A stretch of DNA of 64,000 nucleotides from a bacterium. Lineage in GTDB: Bacteria > JAHJDO01. How positions within the stretch are numbered: position 1 is the first letter of the stretch; each line of letters starts with the position of its first letter. The notes under the pieces are model-generated. The model worked only from the letters and a program-made list of their open reading frames with translations. It searched no databases and was not told the DNA's origin. Shown here one piece after another: positions 18,248 to 28,023 of this stretch. The stretch is from NCBI GenBank assembly GCA_043824255.1, contig JBDRTG010000047.1, positions 192,001 to 256,000 on the forward strand, written 5' to 3'. A program made the position numbers and the translations under genes.

Positions 18248-19338
18248 CTTTCTCTCACAAGTTGCACAAACTTAACAACAACCCCCAGACACAATGCAAA
18301 ATAGGCAACATTTGCCACTCGCTCTGCTGTTATTTCTAAATTGGCAATTAACAACAAGGCGCATGCAATAAGAAGAAACATAAATAGAACTATACATTTA
18401 TCGCTGAATGGTCTTGGCTTTAACCACTGCCAGAATGGTAGTATCACTCGTGAATGCAGATATCTCAAGCAACGTATAATTATTACAATCATAATAACTA
18501 AAAAGGAATATGTTCTAGAAAACTTCTTTTCTAATTTTGCATTTAGCTGCCTGATATTTAGACGTAGTTCCTTAACATTTTTACTTATTATTTTCTTATT
18601 GTAATTATAAAAAAATATAGAACATGCAAGAGCCAATGAAACTGCCTGCAGCGTCAAAAAATAACCTGATATTACAAATAACTTCAGATCAAGTGTTCTC
18701 GGGATTATATATGCCAATAATAATAGAATATTGGCAGGCAGAAGCGAAATAAGAAATTTTGAATAAATATGCTGTTTTGTTCTCCAAAATAAAAACAAAA
18801 ATATAGACAATATAATCAAAACCGAATATAGATATGCGGTATGACTTCTTTTTATGGGGAAAATATGAGAATCCTCAAATAAAACAAATATCTGATTGTT
18901 AGTATTGCGATGATAATTTCCAATTTTTATCGTTACGCAGTCACGAATGTCCGGAGGAAAAGATAATTTGAGATAATTCCTGCCAATATTTACTATATCT
19001 GCCGGAATGAGAACATAATCGACAGGTTTAAAATATGCTTTCGCAAAAAAATTCTTTATTTTTCTGGAATATTTTTTTGTTTTATACGGGATTAAAATTT
19101 TATTATTAAAAACAATTGTCTTTTTTGCAGATGAGGAAGCTATCTTCAATAGCAAGGTTTCTTTATATGGAATTATGTAGGTTTTATTAATGTATTTTGA
19201 ATTACGCAATTTAATACTATCCTTATAGAGAAACATCTCTTTTCTATAAGAATCAGGAATGACGATGTTGTTATATAAAAACCCTATAAATAGTCCTAAC
19301 AAGCCAGCAAAAATTATATATTTAATTTTTTGTTTCAT
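18244..19338 (-). CDS. membrane protein of unknown function (paralog of 58443..59435)
   Basis: N-terminal TM, soluble beta-rich domain, several C-terminal TMs ending AERVANVAYFALCLGV; ATGA-coupled to the GT-C gene. Confidence 0.7.
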   Translation of the reverse strand: MKQKIKYIIFAGLLGLFIGFLYNNIVIPDSYRKEMFLYKDSIKLRNSKYINKTYIIPYKETLLLKIASSSAKKTIVFNNKILIPYKTKKYSRKIKNFFAKAYFKPVDYVLIPADIVNIGRNYLKLSFPPDIRDCVTIKIGNYHRNTNNQIFVLFEDSHIFPIKRSHTAYLYSVLIILSIFLFLFWRTKQHIYSKFLISLLPANILLLLAYIIPRTLDLKLFVISGYFLTLQAVSLALACSIFFYNYNKKIISKNVKELRLNIRQLNAKLEKKFSRTYSFLVIMIVIIIRCLRYLHSRVILPFWQWLKPRPFSDKCIVLFMFLLIACALLLIANLEITAERVANVAYFALCLGVVVKFVQLVRER

Positions 19339-19350
19339 TAATTCGAAATT

Positions 19351-20112
19351 CTATTGAATATTAATTTTCAGCATCTGAATTATATCTTCAATCTCTTTAT
19401 CGTTGATATCCCTGGCATAATAAATCATGGAAAGTTCTTCTTCCTTCTCCTTTTTAGCAACCTTCCAATTATTCATTATGGAATCCTGTGTAATGGGTTT
19501 CCTGATTTCTTTTCGTTTAATGAGCCCTGTTATTTCTTCAATGTCAAATTTGAAACTCTCAAAAAGTAAAACCAGGTCATAAAAATCCCTGTATCGAGCG
19601 CGATCACTTGTGGCGCGTATCTTTTCCGCGCAGATTTCTTTAACATCCATTATATTTACTTTTGTCTCAATCCTCCAAACGTTTTTATAAAACAACGTCC
19701 TGGCAGGTAAAACCACATTTTGGATAAAATCTATTTCTACTTTAAGCGAATTTGGAAAGGCTAAAGGCCCTGTGTATTTTAAGCGTTCTATTTTTATGGT
19801 TGCCTTAGAGACATTGGCCTCCTTAACCTCAAGAAAATCCCATGGTTGGAAAACTGCCTTTACTTCTTCCAAAGTGATTGTTTTATCTAAAGAAGTAAAA
19901 TCAAGATCCTCTGAAAATCTGGATTGTGGTAAATAACAATGATAAATTGCTGTGCCACCCTTAAATACAATCTTATCCCGCAACGGTGACTCGTAAATGA
20001 CTTTTGAAACAAGCGCCAGAAAATAATCTTTTTCAGCTATTTGTAGAGGATAACGAAGGTTCTTTCTGTTAATAATTTCCAGCTCTCTGCGGTTTAATAG
20101 AATATATTTCAT
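19351..20112 (-). CDS. AbiEii/AbiGii-family nucleotidyltransferase toxin
   Basis: EKDY, FKGGT, RFSEDLDF, KVEI, EKIRA...RYRDFYDL. Confidence 0.9.
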   Translation of the reverse strand: MKYILLNRRELEIINRKNLRYPLQIAEKDYFLALVSKVIYESPLRDKIVFKGGTAIYHCYLPQSRFSEDLDFTSLDKTITLEEVKAVFQPWDFLEVKEANVSKATIKIERLKYTGPLAFPNSLKVEIDFIQNVVLPARTLFYKNVWRIETKVNIMDVKEICAEKIRATSDRARYRDFYDLVLLFESFKFDIEEITGLIKRKEIRKPITQDSIMNNWKVAKKEKEEELSMIYYARDINDKEIEDIIQMLKINIQ

Positions 20113-20891
20113 ATAATCTCATCAAAATGGCTGCAATAATAGAGCCGCCATTTAGCATTGAATTTTCCGCTATCTTTAGTCATATAGCTGCAACCTTTGT
20201 TGCCTGTGGTAAGCTTATATAAATAAGCAGAATCAATTGATAGTTTATCGAAGAAAAACCCCAATATCCTTTGAACAGTTTTTGAATACTTACTGCTAAA
20301 TTTATTTATCAGGGTTAAATCGAATTTATTTTTATATTCCTTCAATTTTTCATAGACGAGATCCAGATAATATTCATTTCGTTTGAACATCAGTATATCT
20401 AAAATTGCCTTTTCGAGAGTAGCAACATTTACCACATAATTCTCAACTCTATTCTCTTCCCAACCAAAGAATAATTTTTTCTGGACACTGATAAATCTGT
20501 ACGTTATTCCCTGAATATCCCTAATCTTACGTCTCTTAAGTGATATGGAAACAATGGTTCTCAGCATTTGATCAAACATCCCGTAGTGCTGCAAGGCGGC
20601 TTCAAAAGAAATATAGGAATCAGAGATTAGAGTCTGGGCTATTTTAAAGGCGTGAGTCACAAGAAATCCGCGGGATTCCAGGCTTGCTACGGCATATACG
20701 CCTTTCTTTATTCTAACCAGCCAGCCATTTTTTGTTAGCTTATTAACTAGATTCCTTGCAGCCTGACGGTTTCTTTTTCCCTTAAGAATATTATATATCT
20801 GCTCAAAAGTCACAATAATACCAAATTTGGCAATTATGTCCTCTATCAGATTAAGCTCTTTTTCAGACAAAATAGTTCTTTTTGTGTCCAT
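20109..20891 (-). CDS. AbiEi-type antitoxin / transcriptional regulator
   Basis: wHTH (L-KNGWLVRIKKGVY), SYISFEAALQHYGMFDQ, ATLEKAILD, KWRL. Confidence 0.85.
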   Translation of the reverse strand: MDTKRTILSEKELNLIEDIIAKFGIIVTFEQIYNILKGKRNRQAARNLVNKLTKNGWLVRIKKGVYAVASLESRGFLVTHAFKIAQTLISDSYISFEAALQHYGMFDQMLRTIVSISLKRRKIRDIQGITYRFISVQKKLFFGWEENRVENYVVNVATLEKAILDILMFKRNEYYLDLVYEKLKEYKNKFDLTLINKFSSKYSKTVQRILGFFFDKLSIDSAYLYKLTTGNKGCSYMTKDSGKFNAKWRLYYCSHFDEII

Positions 20892-20924
20892 ATGATAATC
20901 TATTATCGGTTATTATTTATACAG

Positions 20925-20952
20925 ATTATATATTATTCTAACTTAACGTCAA
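20925..20952 (-). promoter_or_regulatory. sigma70 promoter of the second AbiE pair
   Basis: TTGACG-16nt-TATAAT; GATAAT-CT-ATTATC palindrome at 20894-20907 next to the ATG. Confidence 0.55.
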
Positions 20953-23462
20953 GCATCAATGCGACCAGAACACCCCTTCATCTCCACCTTTACCTTTTTC
21001 TTCCTTTTTCCCTTTCTCAAACCACTATATCCTAAATAAACTATACAGAATATAAGCGTTAGCCCTGATATCCCCAATCCTAAGTAAAAAAGTGTTTGGG
21101 GCCAAAAATACATAACCAAAGTAAAATCTTCTCCCAACTCCAATTTATTCGGTTCAATATACCATCCATTAGCATAACCATTGACCAAATGATGCTCAAC
21201 ATCCAGAGGCTTTTTAAATAAATATTTGATATCTTGTGGGGTAAATTTTTGCAGATGCCTTGCCTCTTTAACTTTCAATTTCGGATAATTCGCCACAATC
21301 TCCCCAAATGCCCCACCTTCCTTTACCTTTACCTCTCCCTTTCTTTTCCCCTCTACCTCCACCTTATTGTAAAGCCTCCACTGCTTATGAAAACTCTCGC
21401 TAAACACAAGCCAGAACGGCGTCTTTGCCCCTTTGACCTTAACTAAATACTTTGTCGGATTTATCCTCTTAAAAGTAATCTGAGGTTCTTCTTTACCTTT
21501 TCCCTCTACCTTCACCTTTACCTCTTCCTTTCCCTTTTGTCCCGTAAACAACAGCACAGGCTTTCCATCAAGATATTTCGTTTCCGTGAGTGGCACCAGT
21601 GCTTCAATATCGCCACTGACAAGGGCGGGAGTGGTAGAAGAGTAAATGTGTGGAAGAAAATATTCATCATCAATTTTATATAAATCCAGTTTTCCAAAAT
21701 TTCTATCCCATCTAATTCCATCCTGATTGTCCAGATTGTGTTTAAGCCGCAATGGATGATGCTCAACAAGTCCCCAATTTATATCCCGATGCAAAAGTAT
21801 ATATTTAACATTCAATAATCTAAAAAGTAGTTTAGTACAGACTTGGCTGGATCTTTTTTCTATTTGCTTGCCAAGTAATAGTGGAATTTTATATCCTCTC
21901 CCAGTATTAATATATATGACCGGCTTAGCAGAAAAGAACCTTATTATATCCCCGCCTGCATAACCGGTATCTTCCCAGAGATATATAGTGTTGCCATTTT
22001 TTGACAGGGGAAGAGAAAAAATTCTCTCGTTATTTTTATTCTCCTTGGTCCATTCTTTAAACTGATAGTAATATTCAGGAACTTTTATTCTTGCAGACGG
22101 AACTATCCCTCCCCCAGCAAAAAAAACATCACCGTTCCAAAAAGGAAAGGCAAGAACAATAAAAAGCAGGATAAAAATACATACAGCGCCTAAAAAAGAG
22201 AGCCTTTTTCCAAATCTATCAGATAAAAAGTCAACGGTATAGCATACTCCCAATCCTAAAAGTGGCGTTACGGCTAAAGTAAGCATTAGTCCCCACTTTT
22301 GGATATTGCCTCTAAAGACAGTCAAAAGTAAAGGGATATGCTGATAGAGCCAGATATTTACATTGCCCAATGGTGGTTTAGCCCCTTTAATCAAAAACAA
22401 TCCTGTGATAGCTAAAATACTAAAATATATACATCCCGTTTTTTTATATTTCGATCTCTTCAATAGAGGCAAAAAACTGAAGAACGGAATTAAAAAACTT
22501 ATCAAAATAAATGGCCACGTAAGATAAAATCTAGCCCAGTTATGATAAGGAACACCCTTCATCCATTCGCCGTGTAAAGACCAGAGACCACCTAATCTTA
22601 ATACATCTAATAATTTTCCACTGTTAAGTTTGAAAGTTTCTAAGTTTGAAGGGAATCCTAATGAAAGAGCAGAGGCTGCTCTTTGTTGTTCAAAAATGAC
22701 GCTTCCATAAGGAATAATCCAAAATAGATTCAGAGACAGCCAGAGGATAGCTAAAATAGACGTTAAGCAGACTGCCTGTTTTATAAGTCGGTTCTCCTTT
22801 TTATTTATCAAGCAATAATAAAGCAAGTAGGAGAAGACAATAAACCAATGCACAATGGCAAATGCCGGATTAGCATATCCATAGGTTCCGACAGCAAACC
22901 AGACAATTGCTAAAATAAAGATATATTTTAATCCCTTGGCAGAATTTAAGGATTTTATGAATAATCCAAGAATGAGAGGACTCATGACATACGCAGGCAT
23001 TAATATGCCAGAAGCTAAATACCACGGGATTTGAAGAACATAAGGGTTCATCATGTAAAAAAGAGAAGAGGCAAGTTTCGCTATTCTCTTAAACCCCAGA
23101 ACAGAACAGAGATAATACGTCGCCAAACCAGAAATGACAAACCAGAGATAGAATAACGATTTTTCAAAGAAGAGCAGCGATAGTCCGATATATTCCGTAA
23201 GGGCGGCATATATAGTATAAGGCACGAGAAAGGCTAATTGACCCGGAGCAGGATAACCCATGGAAATGGAATGGTCCCAAAAATACAGTGTATTGTGAAA
23301 AAATTGTATTCTTGAGAAAGGAAACCCAAAAGCGGCTATATTAATAATATAATTTCCCCTAAACCAAGTTAAAGATAAAAACCCTAAGAACAATATCAAT
23401 AAAATATCAATTAAATAATTTCTTTTAATTTTTATCATTAAAAAAATACTTTTCGATTTCAT
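20949..23462 (-). CDS. large GT-C-like membrane protein (AftD/YfhO-like architecture)
   Basis: Many N-terminal TMs, FYMMNPY, KG-x-x-PP, FR-x-x-x-KW, periplasmic domain, VFSESFHKQW and NGYANGW, C-terminal TM. Confidence 0.7.
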   Translation of the reverse strand: MKSKSIFLMIKIKRNYLIDILLILFLGFLSLTWFRGNYIINIAAFGFPFSRIQFFHNTLYFWDHSISMGYPAPGQLAFLVPYTIYAALTEYIGLSLLFFEKSLFYLWFVISGLATYYLCSVLGFKRIAKLASSLFYMMNPYVLQIPWYLASGILMPAYVMSPLILGLFIKSLNSAKGLKYIFILAIVWFAVGTYGYANPAFAIVHWFIVFSYLLYYCLINKKENRLIKQAVCLTSILAILWLSLNLFWIIPYGSVIFEQQRAASALSLGFPSNLETFKLNSGKLLDVLRLGGLWSLHGEWMKGVPYHNWARFYLTWPFILISFLIPFFSFLPLLKRSKYKKTGCIYFSILAITGLFLIKGAKPPLGNVNIWLYQHIPLLLTVFRGNIQKWGLMLTLAVTPLLGLGVCYTVDFLSDRFGKRLSFLGAVCIFILLFIVLAFPFWNGDVFFAGGGIVPSARIKVPEYYYQFKEWTKENKNNERIFSLPLSKNGNTIYLWEDTGYAGGDIIRFFSAKPVIYINTGRGYKIPLLLGKQIEKRSSQVCTKLLFRLLNVKYILLHRDINWGLVEHHPLRLKHNLDNQDGIRWDRNFGKLDLYKIDDEYFLPHIYSSTTPALVSGDIEALVPLTETKYLDGKPVLLFTGQKGKEEVKVKVEGKGKEEPQITFKRINPTKYLVKVKGAKTPFWLVFSESFHKQWRLYNKVEVEGKRKGEVKVKEGGAFGEIVANYPKLKVKEARHLQKFTPQDIKYLFKKPLDVEHHLVNGYANGWYIEPNKLELGEDFTLVMYFWPQTLFYLGLGISGLTLIFCIVYLGYSGLRKGKRKKKVKVEMKGCSGRIDA

Positions 23463-23480
23463 CTTTTTATATTTATTATT

Positions 23481-24110
23481 TCACATTTTAAAAAGATGAA
23501 CTTCCCAAAAATTAGCAAATTTTCTAAAAAGTTTAGGCACTGATTCTAAATACCAAAAGATAGGTCTTCCCTGTATTCCAAAAACAACAGGAATAATTTG
23601 AAATTCCCTGAAATAAGAATCCTCCAAAAGATTCAATAAATCTTTCTCTGTATACTCCCGTTGGTGTTCCCAAAACGGAAACTTTCTTTCACTTATAAAT
23701 ATTTCAATCATTGCTCTTATTAGTCGTTTTCTATTAGGCGTAACAATTATTGCCATCCCTCCCACCTTCAAAACCTTATATAGTTCATTAATTGCTCTTT
23801 TATCATCTGGAACATGCTCAATAACATGGTAAGCTACGGCAACATCTATGCTTTCTGCTTCTGTAAATTCTGAAAGACGTTGCCAATCTCCAACTATATA
23901 ATTAATATTTTCAAAATCCTGTGGTATTCTTGCAGAAAAATATTCTACGCCTATTAATTTACAACATAAGGAAGCCAACTCTTTAGTTCTTTCTATATTT
24001 GAAGCACCAATTTCTAAAACTGTAGCAGATTTGGCAACATACTTCTTATATGATTGAAGTAAAAATACCCACCCATAATCGGCTTTACTTGATGGTAAAC
24101 AAAATTTCAT
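23481..24110 (-). CDS. class I SAM-dependent methyltransferase
   Basis: VLEIGA, HVIEHVPDD, VLKVGG...TPN, HQREYT. Confidence 0.85.
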   Translation of the reverse strand: MKFCLPSSKADYGWVFLLQSYKKYVAKSATVLEIGASNIERTKELASLCCKLIGVEYFSARIPQDFENINYIVGDWQRLSEFTEAESIDVAVAYHVIEHVPDDKRAINELYKVLKVGGMAIIVTPNRKRLIRAMIEIFISERKFPFWEHQREYTEKDLLNLLEDSYFREFQIIPVVFGIQGRPIFWYLESVPKLFRKFANFWEVHLFKM

Positions 24111-24126
24111 CTGAAAATCACCTTTC

Positions 24127-24200
24127 TGTCATTGCGAACCGAAGGTGAAGCAATCTCGTCTTTTAAGATTGCCACGTCGCTAACGCTCCTCGCAATGACA
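24127..24200. repeat. 74-nt REP/RPE-like palindromic element
   Basis: Outer stem TGTCATTGCGA/TCGCAATGACA (11 bp) and inner stem GCAATCT/AGATTGC (7 bp); GC-rich against its flanks. Confidence 0.8.
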
Positions 24201-24240
24201 TTTTTATTCTCTTTTGTGCCCACTTGTTGGCATGAATGTT

Positions 24241-25170
24241 TCATTTGTTTTTTGTAAATATCATTCTAATGTCCATACCCTCTTTACCAGAGAAAATTCG
24301 GAGGAATAGAGTGATTATCAATAACGGCAAAAAACAAACTACGTTTATTAGATTTAAGGGCAAATTTCTTTTAATTTTATTCCTCAAAAAGAAATTAAAA
24401 CTATTCACTATTGCTAAGGGAGATTTTAAAAGCAAAGAACCGTTATTATTTAATTCTAAGAAAGCTGAAAACCCATTTTTTTCAAAAATTGCCCTGAAAG
24501 TTTTTTTTGTAAATTGATAAAGGTGTCTCGGCACTTCCAAATTGTACCAAAATTTACCAAATAGTTGAGCTTCTGCGCAATTGAAATTTGGCACTTCTAC
24601 ATAGACAATACCATCTTCTTTTAATATTCGATGGATTTCCTTAATTACATCATTAGGATTGAGAAGATGCTCCAGCACCTGCTTTATAATTACAATATCA
24701 AAAGATTCATCGGGGAATTTTATATCCAGAAAAGAATTATTTTTTACTCTTAAACACAATTCTGGAGAAATAATGTCTAAAATTCCCTCATAAGAATCTA
24801 TCCCATAAGCATCATATCCATATTTAAGTAGCTCTTTCAAAAAGAATCCGCTTCCGCATCCGACATCTAAAAGTTTTCCATTTCTTTTAACTTTTTTGAT
24901 GTCACCAATCATTTTTTTAGTAATCATATTTGCAAAAGGCTTATAAAAAAATTCTAAAATCAGAGGCGTAGGGTTATAATAACTTTCAGGATAAAATTTG
25001 CCTAATTCATCTTCGTTTGGTTGAGGATTAACATAAACAAATCCACAATTTTTACAAAGACATAGATTGAATTCTTGGAAAGTTGTATGCAATCTAAAAT
25101 CATTTGTCTCAAATAATCTTTTGCTATAATTTTTATTACATATTGGACAATTTATTTTCTTAAATTTCAT
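24241..25170 (-). CDS. class I SAM-dependent methyltransferase with N-terminal Zn ribbon
   Basis: CPIC...CKNC, LLDVGCGSG, VLEHLLNP, EVPN, PRHL. Confidence 0.85.
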   Translation of the reverse strand: MKFKKINCPICNKNYSKRLFETNDFRLHTTFQEFNLCLCKNCGFVYVNPQPNEDELGKFYPESYYNPTPLILEFFYKPFANMITKKMIGDIKKVKRNGKLLDVGCGSGFFLKELLKYGYDAYGIDSYEGILDIISPELCLRVKNNSFLDIKFPDESFDIVIIKQVLEHLLNPNDVIKEIHRILKEDGIVYVEVPNFNCAEAQLFGKFWYNLEVPRHLYQFTKKTFRAIFEKNGFSAFLELNNNGSLLLKSPLAIVNSFNFFLRNKIKRNLPLNLINVVCFLPLLIITLFLRIFSGKEGMDIRMIFTKNK

Positions 25171-25285
25171 CTTCGTAATAAAATCCCGGCTTATTGGACA
25201 TTAAATAATCCTTATATGTCCTGTATTATTTTTGAACTATTGCCACTACACAGGAAGAGAATCTTTTTAAACATTTTAAATTCTT

Positions 25286-26218
25286 CTATCTCCAGAGATT
25301 TCTAACCTTCCCGTCAAAGGCGTATTTTAAGCCATCTATACTTCCCTGTAGATGAGGTTTCAAAAACCGCCAACCTGCACCAAAACGAATAATCTTATAG
25401 ACAAAATAAAAAGTAAAAAGAGGGAAAAAGAAAAGCATAAAGATGATAAAATTGAGTTTTGGCGCGTGAAGCTTCATAAAAATCACCCGATTGCGTGAAA
25501 AATAATAAGCTCGCATAGGCAAACGGTATCCTAATGCCCGCATGGTTTTTATATTTTCTCCCATTCCTAAGAGATGCCAGAGTTTGGCTCCGGGGCAAAA
25601 AACGACCTTAAACCCAGCTTCTCTTGCCCGAAAACCAAAGTCTGTATCCCCATAGGTCATAAACAAATCCTCATTATGCCCTTCAATCCTCTCTATGACT
25701 TCCCTTTTTACAAGATAAGCCGTGGGAGCAAACTCGGTTTCTCGGACTTGATCCAATTGTCCTTTATCTTCCTCGTTACATCCGATATTCTTAGTTTGGC
25801 TTGTCAAAAGATTAACCTTTGCCCCTGCATACCAGATAACATTCGGGGGATTCAGATAGTACATCTTGGGAGTAACAACTCCAATTTTAACGTCACCCTC
25901 GGCAACTCTGACCATTTCTAAAAGCAATCTCTTATCAACAGTTGTATCGGAATCAAGAAAGAAAACATAATCCCCCGAAGCTTCTTTCTGCCCTAAATTT
26001 TTGCCGCCATTGAGCCCCAGATTTTCTTCAGCAACTGCCACCTTAACCATAGGAAACTTTTCCATTACTGCCTGGACTGTTCCATCACTTGAAGCATTGT
26101 CTACCAAGATTATCTCAAAATTGGCATAATTCATCCTAAGAACCGAATTGAGGCAGTCTACGACAACACCCTTGCGATTTCTGGTGGTAATAACTACTGA
26201 AACTAATTTTACATCCAT
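25286..26218 (-). CDS. GT2 family glycosyltransferase
   Basis: VSVVI, VDNASSDGT, FLDSD, YGDTDF; C-terminal hydrophobic helix. Confidence 0.9.
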   Translation of the reverse strand: MDVKLVSVVITTRNRKGVVVDCLNSVLRMNYANFEIILVDNASSDGTVQAVMEKFPMVKVAVAEENLGLNGGKNLGQKEASGDYVFFLDSDTTVDKRLLLEMVRVAEGDVKIGVVTPKMYYLNPPNVIWYAGAKVNLLTSQTKNIGCNEEDKGQLDQVRETEFAPTAYLVKREVIERIEGHNEDLFMTYGDTDFGFRAREAGFKVVFCPGAKLWHLLGMGENIKTMRALGYRLPMRAYYFSRNRVIFMKLHAPKLNFIIFMLFFFPLFTFYFVYKIIRFGAGWRFLKPHLQGSIDGLKYAFDGKVRNLWR

Positions 26219-28023
26219 TTTCCCAACCATTGTTCAAAAACTAAAAGTGTCCAAATCTGATGTGTATTATTCCCATTTAAGATCTTTTTTACCTTCTTAG
26301 AATTTAAAATTCCTTCCTTTTTGATCTTCTCAGGAGAAAGACTTTCAAACACAAGAGACCTCAGCTCCTTTTTAAGCCACTTCTCCAATGGAAAACCAAA
26401 GCCCATTTTTGGTCTAGAGACAATGTCCTTCGGCAAAAATTCCAGAGCAATCTCTTTTAAGAGAGATTTTGTCCTACCACCCTCTAATTTTAACTGTGGT
26501 GGAATTCTAGCACAAAACTCGACCAATTGCCTATCTAAAAAAGGGCAGCGGACCTCCAAAGATGCTGCCATACTGGCACGATCGGTTTTAACCAGATACA
26601 TATCGGAAAGTGTCAACTTGATATCCATGAAGAACGCCTCATCAAGCAAGTCTTTGCCGTCAAAAGCCTTATGATACCTTTTGATATCCTCAAATAATTC
26701 AATTTTCTCTCCCATCAAACTCTCCATCTCCTGTGGAGAAAACTGGCTGATCCAGAGTTGGTTGCGCAAATGCAAAGGATAAGAAGAATAACGCAAGAAA
26801 GTTCTTATTTTACCCGGAAAAAAATTAGCCAACAGATGCAAAGGAAGCCGATTGGCAGAAGTCTTTTTCAAAAACTTGTGAGCTAAATATTTTGGGTAGC
26901 CGGCGAAGCTCTCATCTCCTCCGTCACCGGAAAGAGCCACTTTAACATCCTTCTGAGCAAAAGAAGAAAGTAAAAGAGTGGGCAGAATTGAGGGATCAGC
27001 CATCGGCTCATCCAAAAACATGGATATCTTTGAAACTTGATTCAAAATTTCTTTCTGAGAGAATATTTTGAGATGATGGTCAATCCCAAGATGCTTAGCT
27101 ATTCTCAGCGCATAAGGGGACTCATCAAAATTCTTTTCATCAAAACCGATGCTGAAAGCTTGAACCTGTGAAGGCGGAACAATCCTGGCCATCATGGCAG
27201 CAACTACTCCCGAATCAACCCCTCCGCTTAAGAAAACGCCCAGAGGAACATCAGAAATCAACCTCTTCTTAGTGGCTTCCTGCAAGAGCGCAGTTGCTTT
27301 CTTCTTTATTTCTTCCCTGTTCAAATCTTCAAGCTTGGATGAGTAATCAAGTTCCCAGAAGCTTTCTTCCCTTATTTCTCCGTTTTCACGCACTACCATG
27401 AAATGACCTGGCAGAAGTTTTTTTATTCCTTTAAAAATCGTTGCAGGTGCTGGAACAAAACCATATAGAAGATATTTCGCCAAAGATTCGGAGTTAATTT
27501 CTCTCTTAAATCCGGGATAAGTCAGAAGCGCCTTTATCTCTGAGGCAAAGATAAAAGCATTGTCAAAAATCATCCAGTGAAGCGGCTTTTTCCCTAAAGG
27601 ATCGCGAGCCAGAAACAATTTTCTCTTTTTCCCATCCCAAATCGCCAGGGCAAACATCCCATCCAGCTTGTCAAAACATTCTTCGCCTTCTTCCTCATAT
27701 AGATGCAGGATTACTTCGGTATCGCTCCTGGTATAAAATTGGTGTCCTCTCTTCTTTAATCCTTCCCTTAGCTTCTGAAAGTTATAGATTCCGCCATTCA
27801 AGACAATCCATAATGTTTTGTCTTCATTATGAATCGGTTGGTGACCGGTGGTCAGATCGATAATGCTTAAACGCCGGCTTGCTAAGCCTATATTTTCCTT
27901 AAGGTAAATACCATGATCGTCAGGACCGCGATGAACCAGAGTTTGATTCATTGCTCTTAAGGCGCTTTCCTCAACAACCTTTTTTGAATTAAACTCTAAA
28001 ATTCCACAAATGCCACACATCAT
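26209..28023 (-). CDS. asnB: asparagine synthase-like glutamine amidotransferase (probable sugar amidation)
   Basis: MCGICG, HRGPD, RRLSIID, LSGGVDS, SGDGGDE, DRASMAASLEVR-PFLD, KMGF. Confidence 0.9.
   Translation of the reverse strand: MMCGICGILEFNSKKVVEESALRAMNQTLVHRGPDDHGIYLKENIGLASRRLSIIDLTTGHQPIHNEDKTLWIVLNGGIYNFQKLREGLKKRGHQFYTRSDTEVILHLYEEEGEECFDKLDGMFALAIWDGKKRKLFLARDPLGKKPLHWMIFDNAFIFASEIKALLTYPGFKREINSESLAKYLLYGFVPAPATIFKGIKKLLPGHFMVVRENGEIREESFWELDYSSKLEDLNREEIKKKATALLQEATKKRLISDVPLGVFLSGGVDSGVVAAMMARIVPPSQVQAFSIGFDEKNFDESPYALRIAKHLGIDHHLKIFSQKEILNQVSKISMFLDEPMADPSILPTLLLSSFAQKDVKVALSGDGGDESFAGYPKYLAHKFLKKTSANRLPLHLLANFFPGKIRTFLRYSSYPLHLRNQLWISQFSPQEMESLMGEKIELFEDIKRYHKAFDGKDLLDEAFFMDIKLTLSDMYLVKTDRASMAASLEVRCPFLDRQLVEFCARIPPQLKLEGGRTKSLLKEIALEFLPKDIVSRPKMGFGFPLEKWLKKELRSLVFESLSPEKIKKEGILNSKKVKKILNGNNTHQIWTLLVFEQWLGKWM

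Noticed and set aside
24217..24233. TGCCCA-5-TGGGCA hairpin
   Set aside because: 6-bp stem with no U tract on the coding strand; too weak to call.
25212..25274. MFKKILFLCSGNS resembling an ArsC/LMW-PTP P-loop
   Set aside because: Only 20 codons and lacks the catalytic Arg; likely chance.
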